NCBI GenBank assembly: GCA_016795155.1
Contig: JAEUIE010000054.1
Coordinates: 1,755 to 65,754 of the forward strand
DNA from: Planctomycetia bacterium
Lineage (GTDB): Bacteria > Planctomycetota > Planctomycetia > Gemmatales > HRBIN36
Length of the DNA stretch: 64,000 nt
Direction: 5' to 3'
Shown here: positions 46,586 to 53,632 of the stretch, one piece after another
Layout of the letters: each line of letters starts with the position of its first letter
Position numbering within the stretch: the stretch's first letter is position 1
Notes under the pieces: generated by a model
Database searches by the model: none
Told to the model about the DNA's origin: nothing
The model's input: only the letters and a program-made list of their open reading frames with translations
Program-made: the position numbers and the translations under genes

Positions 46586-46873
46586 ATGTTTTATGTGGAT
46601 GCTTCGGCAGAATTGCGTAAACGTATCAAGCACTTGCATCAGATTGCCAACGAACAAGATCGTGGCGAATTGTTTATCAGTGCTTTCAAGGAAATATACT
46701 CTCGTCTGCATGACAATGCGTTTGAATTCGGCGAACCACTTTATTCTCTTCCAATTCTCAGACTTCAAATCCGTACCGGTTCAGTTCTTCCGATTGTCTT
46801 AACCTATAGTGTTTCAAGTGATCATCCAATCGTTGTAATTAAAAGTGTTGAACTCCTTGATCATAAACGATAA
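46586..46873 (+). CDS. Putative RelE/ParE-superfamily toxin
   Basis: 95 aa. FEFGEPLYSLPILRLQIRTGSVLPIVLTYSVSSDHPIVVIKSVELL resembles the ParE/RelE C-terminal beta-sheet pattern. Confidence 0.45.
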   Translation: MFYVDASAELRKRIKHLHQIANEQDRGELFISAFKEIYSRLHDNAFEFGEPLYSLPILRLQIRTGSVLPIVLTYSVSSDHPIVVIKSVELLDHKR

Positions 46874-46885
46874 TTCGATGCTCAG

Positions 46886-47025
46886 CCTCCCCATGCCAAT
46901 ACGCCCTCTTCACCCTGATGAACTGGAAGCCTGGCTCACCATGCGTGAACGGCTGTGGCCTGATTCGCCGCGAGGGGATTTGGCGGAAGAACAGCGGGAG
47001 ATCATCGCCCAGCCGGAGCGGAATG
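46886..47025 (+). pseudogene. Duplicated 5' fragment (44 codons) of the AAC(6')-like gene
   Basis: The 140 bp are about 94% identical to 47858..47997, including the RBS region and MPIRPLHPDELEAWLTMRERLWPDSPRGDLAEEQREIIAQPERN. Similarity ends abruptly at the 29-nt box. Confidence 0.85.
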
Positions 47026-47029
47026 CACC

Positions 47030-47058
47030 GGGTGCCACCGTTTGCGTACTCGCTAACG
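47030..47058 (+). repeat. 29-nt box, copy 2
   Basis: gggtgccaccgtttgcgtactcgctaacg is identical to 46261..46289. Confidence 0.9.
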
Positions 47059-47154
47059 GCGCTACGAGTTCAACACGTTTACCCACCTCAAGTTGCCTTT
47101 TACCCCTTAATCTGTTATCGTCAAAGCGTAGCTTCAGAGCGAAGGAGGTTAGGT

Positions 47155-47394
47155 ATGACCATCAAAGTCGTCTATGAAAATGGCGTGTTTCGTCCGCTGA
47201 AGCCTATTCGTGATGTCAAGGAAGGAACGGAAGCAGAAGTAACCGTTATGAAGCCTCCTCGTCCTCAGCCCACACCGGAGGAAGTCATTGAACGTTTGCT
47301 TCGCATCGCTGACATGCCGTTGGAAGGTGGCGGCAAGCCATTTAGCGGACAGGATCATGATAAAATCCTTTACGGTGATCCTCATCAATCATGA
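47155..47394 (+). CDS. DUF104 (AF2212-like) antitoxin
   Basis: MTIKVVYENGVFRPLKPIRDVKEGTEAEVTV is the canonical DUF104 N-terminus. A GAAGGAGG RBS lies upstream, and the stop overlaps the PIN toxin start. Confidence 0.8.
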   Translation: MTIKVVYENGVFRPLKPIRDVKEGTEAEVTVMKPPRPQPTPEEVIERLLRIADMPLEGGGKPFSGQDHDKILYGDPHQS

Positions 47395-47786
47395 TTTTCG
47401 TTGACACGGGCGCATGGTACGCTTTACTCGTTAATGATGATCCTGATCATCAAAAAGCTCGAGCCTGGGTTGCCGCAAATAGAGAGCGACTGGTTTTGAC
47501 TGACTACATTCTTGACGAAACTTTGACACTGCTGCGAGCACGTGGTCAAAAGAAACAGGCTATTACGTTTGGTTATGACATTCTTGATTTAGAGGTTGCT
47601 GACTTCTATCTTGTGTCCCTCGAAGACATCGAATCAGCCTGGGATATCTTCCAAAAGTATTCTGATAAAGAATGGAGCTTCACCGATTGCACCAGCAAAG
47701 TTGCCATGGAACGATTGGGGATTACTACAGCCTTTGCTTTCGATCAACATTTCCGTCAATTTGGGAATGTCGTGGTTGTACCGTAA
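47391..47786 (+). CDS. vapC: PIN-domain toxin VapC
   Basis: MIFVDTGAWYALLVNDDPDHQKA...LTDYILDETLTLL...SFTDCTS carries the PIN acidic residues. It overlaps the antitoxin by ATGA. Confidence 0.85.
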   Translation: MIFVDTGAWYALLVNDDPDHQKARAWVAANRERLVLTDYILDETLTLLRARGQKKQAITFGYDILDLEVADFYLVSLEDIESAWDIFQKYSDKEWSFTDCTSKVAMERLGITTAFAFDQHFRQFGNVVVVP

Positions 47787-47864
47787 AATTTGCAGACAAA
47801 CCATCGTTCCTTCTGGTATACAGCACAAGATAGAACACTTCCGTCACTAACACTGACCCTCCCC

Positions 47865-48323
47865 ATGCCAATACGCCCACTTCACCCGGATGAACTGGAA
47901 GCCTGGCTCGTCATGCGGGAACGGCTTTGGCCTGATTCGCCGCGAGGGGACTTGGCAGAAGAACAGCGGGAGATCATCGCCCAGCCGGAGCGGAATGGTG
48001 TGCTAGTGGCAGAGTTACAGGGTACGTTGATTGGGTTCGTGGAAGTGTCGCTCCGCGACTGGGCGGAAGGTTGCGAGACACGGCCGGTAGGTTACCTGGA
48101 AGCGTGGTTTGTTGAGCCTGAGCATCGTCGCAGTGGCGTGGGCCGACATTTGGTGGAGGCAGCGGAGAACTGGGCACGTGAGCGGGGCTGCACCGAGATG
48201 GGGTCGGATGCTGAAGTGTGGAATGAAACCAGCCACGCTGCCCATCGGGCCTTGGGGTTTGGAGAAGTCTGCCGGGTGGTGGCGTATAGCAAGAAGATTG
48301 CAGGGGAAATACCTTCCTCCTGA
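47865..48323 (+). CDS. AAC(6')-I-like aminoglycoside N-acetyltransferase (GNAT)
   Basis: LRERLWPDSP..., IGFVEVSLRDWAEGCETRPVGYLEAWFVEPEHRRSGVGRHLVEAAENWARERGCTEMGSDAEVWNETSHAAHRALGFGE is collinear with AAC(6')-Iy/Iz-type enzymes as I remember them. Confidence 0.7.
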   Translation: MPIRPLHPDELEAWLVMRERLWPDSPRGDLAEEQREIIAQPERNGVLVAELQGTLIGFVEVSLRDWAEGCETRPVGYLEAWFVEPEHRRSGVGRHLVEAAENWARERGCTEMGSDAEVWNETSHAAHRALGFGEVCRVVAYSKKIAGEIPSS

Positions 48324-48354
48324 CGAACGTGTATGACGATGCCTATCCTTACTG

Positions 48355-48396
48355 TTCCGTCACCCCTAGCTACCATCTGGCCGCCCCTCCGGGGCT
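48355..48396 (+). repeat. Partial third copy of the hairpin-rich repeat
   Basis: ttccgtcacccctagctaccatctggccgcccctccggggct corresponds to ttcggtcacccctggctaacatcgggtcgcccctttcggggct at 46205..46247. Confidence 0.75.
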
Positions 48397-48417
48397 TTCA
48401 CCAGATAGAATAACCCC

Positions 48418-49125
48418 ATGAAAACCCTCGGCATCATTGGTGGCATTGGGCCGGAATCGACGATTGATTACTACCGGTCGATCATCGCTCAATACAAGCA
48501 GCGGGTACATACTGAGCATCAGCCTCACATTCTTATCCAGAGCATTGATCTGAAGCGGATGCAGAACTGGCTGGCCGAGAATAACCTTGCTGCCATAACT
48601 GACTATCTCGTGGAGAACCTGTGGCATGTGTCTGCGGGCGGAGCTGACTTTGCAGTGCTGGCAGCGAACACAGCACATATTGTTTTCGATGAGGTATCTA
48701 AACAGTCGCCTTTGCCTTTGATCAGCGTGGTAGAGGTTGCTTGCCAGAAAGCCTGCGAGTTAAAGCTGCGGAAACTTGGGCTGTTCGGCACAAAGTATAC
48801 GATGACAGCGCCGTTCTATCCGCAGGCATGTCAGCGCTATGGATTGCAACTGGTCATACCCCATGCCGATGAGATTGCGGACATCCATCACATTTACTTT
48901 CAGCAATTGCTGTTAAACCAGTTCAAGGATGAATCACGGCAGACAATGGTACAGATTATTGAACGCATGCATCAGGAAGAACAGATTGAAGGACTGATAC
49001 TAGGCGGCACCGAGTTGCCTTTGTTGCTGCGGGATACTGTTGTGCCTGGGGTAGTGTTTCTCGATACGACGCTGATTCATGTGGAGCGTATTGTGGATGG
49101 CATTTTGAGTTCAACATCTGCTTGA
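48418..49125 (+). CDS. Aspartate/glutamate racemase family protein
   Basis: MKTLGIIGGIGPESTIDYY, LAANTAHIVFDEV and LILGGTELPLL are the Asp/Glu racemase signatures. The canonical Cys positions were not checked. Confidence 0.8.
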   Translation: MKTLGIIGGIGPESTIDYYRSIIAQYKQRVHTEHQPHILIQSIDLKRMQNWLAENNLAAITDYLVENLWHVSAGGADFAVLAANTAHIVFDEVSKQSPLPLISVVEVACQKACELKLRKLGLFGTKYTMTAPFYPQACQRYGLQLVIPHADEIADIHHIYFQQLLLNQFKDESRQTMVQIIERMHQEEQIEGLILGGTELPLLLRDTVVPGVVFLDTTLIHVERIVDGILSSTSA

Positions 49126-49131
49126 ACATCT

Positions 49132-49275
49132 CCCCTCTCCCCCTTGGGGAGAGGGGCCGGGGGTGAGGGGTTTCATGCATGGCGAAGCCCTTCGTTCTAC
49201 GCGATTATTAGATGAAGGGCTGCGCCACTTATTGATAACCCCTCACCCTAACCCTCTCCCCGGGAGGGAGAGGGG
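49132..49275. repeat. Inverted pair of GGGGAGAGGGG/GGGGTGAGGGG repeats (MITE-like unit)
   Basis: 49132..49170 (cccctctcccccttggggagaggggccgggggtgagggg) and 49239..49275 (its reverse complement, diverged) flank a 68-bp spacer containing gaagccc...gaagggctgc complementarity. Confidence 0.8.
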
Positions 49276-49342
49276 ACATTAGAAAAAAAGTTTGGAACAT
49301 GCAGCGCAGGAATTGTGCTTTGGTGGCTACTATATCTCAGAC

Positions 49343-50752
49343 ATGAGTGAACGCCTGATTGCCAGCCTGATGAAGCAGACCAGTCTGCTCACGCACGAGG
49401 GTGCATCCTGTTCGGATGCCCGCCTGCTGGAGCAGTTCGTTGCCTGCCGGGATGAATCGGCGTTCAGCACGCTGGTACGTCGGCATGCTCCCATGGTCTG
49501 GGCGGTTTGCCGGAATGCACTGTATCGGGAAGCTGATGCAGAGGATGCATTCCAGGCAACTTTCCTGGCTCTGGTCAAGCAGGCACATCGTATCCGCCAA
49601 AGTGCAGCGATAGGCGCCTGGCTGCATACTACGGCGGTACGTATTTGCCTAACGCAACGGCGAAGCCAGAGTCGGCGGATTGGTCGGGAGACCCGAGTTG
49701 CCCGCAGTGAAGCTGCGGCACCGCAAGAATCTACCTGGTCAGATGAGCTGGCTCATGCTCATGATGCAATCCGGCAGTTGCCTCGGCGGGAGCATGAAGT
49801 GTTTGTGCTCTGCATGCTGGAAGGCCAGCCACAGAAAGCGGTTGCCCGCAGGCTGGGGTTGCAGGTCAATTCGGTGTCGGGCCTGTTGGCCCGGGCCACC
49901 AAGCGACTGCGATCCAAACTGCAGTCCAGTGGAACCATCTCGCTGGGCGCTCTGGCTGTTGCAGCCAGTTGCCCGGCAGCAGTTCCTGCAACGCTGGTGT
50001 TGCAGACCTGCCGTCTGGTCTGTCCAACGACTGCTCTTTCCAAAACCATACTTTTTCTTTCCACTTCGGTGGTGGAGTCTACGATGCGAAAAGCGTTGCT
50101 GTTAACACTGGTTACTTTCACACTGGGTGTGGGGATTACCACAGGCCGCTGGTTTGTGGGTTCATCCGACGCACAGGATCCTTTCCAGCAACATGCAGGT
50201 CAACCGCCTGCCTCAGTATATCACCCTCCAGCTCAAAGCTACTATTCTGTTAATCTGCCACTCTCTACCTGGGAATACAAGGTCCTCATGGGTGATGGCA
50301 ATGTTTCGGTAGAAAGCAAGCTCAATACGCTGGCTGGTGCCGGCTGGGAACTGTGCACAGCTTCCTCAACGCCATCTGACCAGATGATGTTTGTGTTCAA
50401 GCGTCTGCGCAAGCCCACTAATCTGACAGAAGAACGCCGCTTCCAACCGGTTGAGAAGTCAAACAAGGATGCTTTTACTGACTACTATCGCTTTTCCCAG
50501 GGCAAAGTAGCCTATGAAGATACTGTACCCAGTAAGACGACTTCCACTATCAATATTCCGCTGCAACACACCGATGTCAATTCGATGTCCTTGCTGGTGA
50601 AAGATATCTTCACTGGGTGCAAGATCAATGCTGATGCACGCACCAACAGCCTGGTGATTCAAGGCCCCAGCGAGACGCTGACCCAGGCGAAGAAACTGGT
50701 CGAACGACTTGATCGGCTCGAAGCCAACCGCAGCGACAGCAAGAAGCCGTGA
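49343..50752 (+). CDS. ECF sigma factor fused to a TM helix and a C-terminal extracytoplasmic extension
   Basis: Region 2 is FSTLVRRHAPMVWAVCRNALYREADAEDAFQATFLALV and region 4 is LPRREHEVFVLCMLEGQPQKAVARRLGL. The TM helix is ALLLTLVTFTLGVGITTGRWFVG. It is followed by WEYKVLMG...LAGAGWELC...FVFKR (DUF4177-like) and NIPLQHTDVNSMSLLVKDIF...DARTNSLVIQGPSETLTQAKKLVERLD (secretin-N-like). Confidence 0.75.
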   Translation: MSERLIASLMKQTSLLTHEGASCSDARLLEQFVACRDESAFSTLVRRHAPMVWAVCRNALYREADAEDAFQATFLALVKQAHRIRQSAAIGAWLHTTAVRICLTQRRSQSRRIGRETRVARSEAAAPQESTWSDELAHAHDAIRQLPRREHEVFVLCMLEGQPQKAVARRLGLQVNSVSGLLARATKRLRSKLQSSGTISLGALAVAASCPAAVPATLVLQTCRLVCPTTALSKTILFLSTSVVESTMRKALLLTLVTFTLGVGITTGRWFVGSSDAQDPFQQHAGQPPASVYHPPAQSYYSVNLPLSTWEYKVLMGDGNVSVESKLNTLAGAGWELCTASSTPSDQMMFVFKRLRKPTNLTEERRFQPVEKSNKDAFTDYYRFSQGKVAYEDTVPSKTTSTINIPLQHTDVNSMSLLVKDIFTGCKINADARTNSLVIQGPSETLTQAKKLVERLDRLEANRSDSKKP

Positions 50753-50771
50753 TGAAGTTGAGCCATCGCCA

Positions 50772-50802
50772 AACCTGCAGGAAAACAACTGCAGGTTTTT
50801 TT
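50772..50802 (+). terminator. Rho-independent terminator
   Basis: acctgcag-gaaaacaa-ctgcaggt is followed by ttttttg. Confidence 0.8.
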
Positions 50803-50856
50803 GTTGGACGAATGAATTGGCTCGACGGTGGCGTTCTGGTGACGTAGTATCGCGGC

Positions 50857-51645
50857 ATGCCGCACGTCTTCCATCTCAAGAAATGGTATCTCGATCTCAT
50901 CACGGAAGATGGACGGGTTTTTATCGGCTACGTGGCTCATATACGCTGGTGGCTGCTTTCTATTCATTATCATGGTTATCTGTTTCTTGATGCACAAGGG
51001 CAGGTGCATCATGTCAACCGTTTTCGTCGTGCGAAATCGCCTGAACAGACTGCCGGGCAAATCTGCTGGCGGGCACCGGGCATCCGTGGAGAATGGAACG
51101 CAACCTGTTCCAGCTATCGCGAAACATTACTGCAAAATGCACATGGCAGCATCGACTGGCATTGCCTGATGCCTGCAGCGGAAGCGAAGGTGGTAATAGA
51201 AAGCCAGGAGGCATTTATCGGCAGAGGGTATGTTGAACACATCGAGATGTCTCTACCTCCCTGGAAGTTCCCCATCCATAGACTCTACTGGGGGCGCTAT
51301 CTCAGTCAGCAGGATCATGTCGTCTGGATTCGCTGGGTAAGCGAACAGCATCCCAAAGTATTGTTGTTTCACAACGGCAACAGGCATGAGCAGGCGACTA
51401 TTGAAAGTGAATCGCTGCAATTCAATGATTACCGACTGGCGATGCAGGACTCTTGCACACTGCGAAGTGGTTCGCTCGGAAGCACAGTGCTATCTCATGC
51501 AGGCTGGCTGAAAAAACTGATTCCACGTTCGATGCTGACTCTGTCTGAAACAAAATGGCGTTCGCAGGGTAATCTATTCAGACAGAATAGTCTTATTTCG
51601 CAAGGTTGGGCGATCCACGAAACGGTAGACTGGAGCACTGGCTGA
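50857..51645 (+). CDS. Hypothetical protein, possibly CrtC/AttH-like (carotenoid 1,2-hydratase superfamily)
   Basis: KKWYLDLITEDGRVFIGYVAHI and FIGRGYVEHIEMSLPPWKFPIHRLYWGRY resemble the WWYxDxxxxDG and GxGYxDxNxG...WxWGR motifs of CrtC-like proteins. The assignment is tentative. Confidence 0.4.
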   Translation: MPHVFHLKKWYLDLITEDGRVFIGYVAHIRWWLLSIHYHGYLFLDAQGQVHHVNRFRRAKSPEQTAGQICWRAPGIRGEWNATCSSYRETLLQNAHGSIDWHCLMPAAEAKVVIESQEAFIGRGYVEHIEMSLPPWKFPIHRLYWGRYLSQQDHVVWIRWVSEQHPKVLLFHNGNRHEQATIESESLQFNDYRLAMQDSCTLRSGSLGSTVLSHAGWLKKLIPRSMLTLSETKWRSQGNLFRQNSLISQGWAIHETVDWSTG

Positions 51646-51647
51646 AC

Positions 51648-53576
51648 GTGGGCAAATGGTTATACGGCAGCTTGTTCTGTCTGATTTTGCCTGCGTGGAT
51701 GATCGTCTGGGCCTGGCTGACGCATGATGCCATTCCGGTAACTTTGCAAGGCAGCGAACTGCAAATGGCAGGTGCATTCCTGGCTTTGGCTGGGCTGTTG
51801 CTGCAAGGCCTTGCGATACAGCAGCTTTGGCGAGTGGGGCATGGACTGCCCATGAATGCCTACCCGCCGAGGAATTATGTAACGACAGGCATTTATTATT
51901 TTCTGCGACATCCCATTTATGTAGGGTTTGCCATCGCCTGTGCCGGGGTGTCGTTATGGTCTTTATCATCCTCTGGACTTTTCCTTGTTACTCCAGTGAT
52001 GGCCTTACTCTCTGTCGCTCTTGTTGTGGGATATGAACATCCCGACTTGGTGAACCGATTTGGCAGAGAAACGGTTCGCCAGCATGCTCCGCTGCTGGGG
52101 CCACCTCGCGATGTGCCTGAACCTGCTGATCTGTGCACCCGGCTGGCTGTATGCCTGATTGTCTATGTGCCCTGGGTGCTCCTTTACTACTGGTTGATTT
52201 TCCTGGGTGATTCGCCTCATTTCGTTGCTCTGGCTTTGCCTGGCGAGATGCAGTGGCCGGTACTGGAGTGGACGGAGTTCTTTTATTTTCTCACTTACCC
52301 GTTTGCTCTTCTGGTGCCATTGATTCTCAATCGTAAAGATCAACTCAGGCAATTCGTTTACACAGCCTGGTGGGCGATTGGCATTGGCATTTTTCTGCAG
52401 TACACGTTACCTGTGCATGCACCACCCAGGCCGTTTGAACCCAAGAGCATCTGGGGGAATCTTCTTTTGTGGGAACGGAGCATGGATGGACCGGTGTGTG
52501 CCTTCCCTTCATTTCATGTGATGTGGGCGCTGGTAGCAGCATCATTCTGGTCGTTGGCCTTCCCGCGCTGGAAATGGTGCTGGTGGCTGCTCGCAGTTCT
52601 CATGTCGCTCAGTTGCAGCACGACAGGCAATCATACCGTAGCAGATGTGGTAGCAGGGGTTGCGGTATCTGGGCTGATCCACGAGCGAGAACGCCTTTGG
52701 ACTCTTTTACAGAAAGTCTGCGAACGGCTGGCAAACTCGTGGCACGCCTGGCAGTATGGATCACTACGGATTATCAATCACAGCCCGTTTGCTGGCTTGG
52801 CCTGTGCTGTGGGTATCTTGGTAGTTGGCCAGTTCATTTCCGAGTTGAGTGTCCTTTGGATTATCACCTTGTTGATTCTTGTGAGTGCGTGCATCTGGGG
52901 ACAAGTGGTTACTTGCTCATCAAAACTGCAACGCCCCTTCGGATACTATGGAGCGATTCTTGGCGCAATAGCAGCTGCATGCCTGATCAGTGCGATCTGG
53001 AAATACCCGATTGTCACACTATGTGCCATCGCAGCCTTGGCGGCACCCTGGGTACAGGCCATTGGTCGGCTGCGCTGCCTGGTGCAGGGCTGCTGTCATG
53101 GCAAACCTACGCGGAGTGTGCCTGGCATCGTTTGTACCAACCCACATTCACGGGTCTGTTCCATTTCGAACCTGTCGGGTGTGATGATTCACAACACACA
53201 GCTTTATTCCATTCTTGGTAACATTTTCACAGGCATGCTGCTCTGGCGATTGTGGTATGGAGGTATCAATCCCGCCATGCTTGCTGGTTTGTATGGCATC
53301 CTGAATGGAGCTTTTCGATTCATGGAGGAAGCCTACCGAGGCGAAGTGCAGACTCCGGTACTTGGCAAACTGAAACTGTACCAGTGGCTGAGCCTGGCCA
53401 GCATTGTTGCAGGGATGGTGTTCACCTGTTTGCCTGGATCGAGTTCACTTGAAGTACACTGGCGATTGGACTGGCTTTTGCTGCTGAATAGTCTTGGCTG
53501 TGGATTACTGGCAGCTTTTCTGATGGGGATGGATTTCCCGCAATCGAATAGGCGATTTGCGAGGCTATCGGGATAA
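51648..53576 (+). CDS. Triple-fusion polytopic membrane enzyme: ICMT/PEMT-like methyltransferase + PAP2(_C)-like + Lgt-like diacylglyceryl transferase domains
   Basis: The N-terminal part carries TTGIYYFLRHPIYVGF...YEHPDLVNRFG (ICMT family). The middle part carries HAPPRPF, FPSFHVMWAL and TTGNHTVADVVAG (PAP2 C1-C3-like). The C-terminal part carries GRLRCLVQGCCHGKPT, HNTQLYS and NGAFRFMEEAYRGE (Lgt motifs). The GTG at 51648 lies 3 nt after the upstream stop, and the ORF is open from 51606. Confidence 0.65.
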   Translation: MGKWLYGSLFCLILPAWMIVWAWLTHDAIPVTLQGSELQMAGAFLALAGLLLQGLAIQQLWRVGHGLPMNAYPPRNYVTTGIYYFLRHPIYVGFAIACAGVSLWSLSSSGLFLVTPVMALLSVALVVGYEHPDLVNRFGRETVRQHAPLLGPPRDVPEPADLCTRLAVCLIVYVPWVLLYYWLIFLGDSPHFVALALPGEMQWPVLEWTEFFYFLTYPFALLVPLILNRKDQLRQFVYTAWWAIGIGIFLQYTLPVHAPPRPFEPKSIWGNLLLWERSMDGPVCAFPSFHVMWALVAASFWSLAFPRWKWCWWLLAVLMSLSCSTTGNHTVADVVAGVAVSGLIHERERLWTLLQKVCERLANSWHAWQYGSLRIINHSPFAGLACAVGILVVGQFISELSVLWIITLLILVSACIWGQVVTCSSKLQRPFGYYGAILGAIAAACLISAIWKYPIVTLCAIAALAAPWVQAIGRLRCLVQGCCHGKPTRSVPGIVCTNPHSRVCSISNLSGVMIHNTQLYSILGNIFTGMLLWRLWYGGINPAMLAGLYGILNGAFRFMEEAYRGEVQTPVLGKLKLYQWLSLASIVAGMVFTCLPGSSSLEVHWRLDWLLLLNSLGCGLLAAFLMGMDFPQSNRRFARLSG

Positions 53577-53584
53577 CGAAAAAA

Positions 53585-53607
53585 GCCCGCGAGTATTTCT
53601 CGCGGGC
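53585..53607. terminator. Bidirectional terminator between convergent genes
   Basis: gcccgcgag-tattt-ctcgcgggc has an A-run on the left and tt on the right. It lies between the stops at 53576 (+) and 53633 (-). Confidence 0.75.
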
Positions 53608-53632
53608 TTAACTGGGTTAACCAAGCTCTTCT

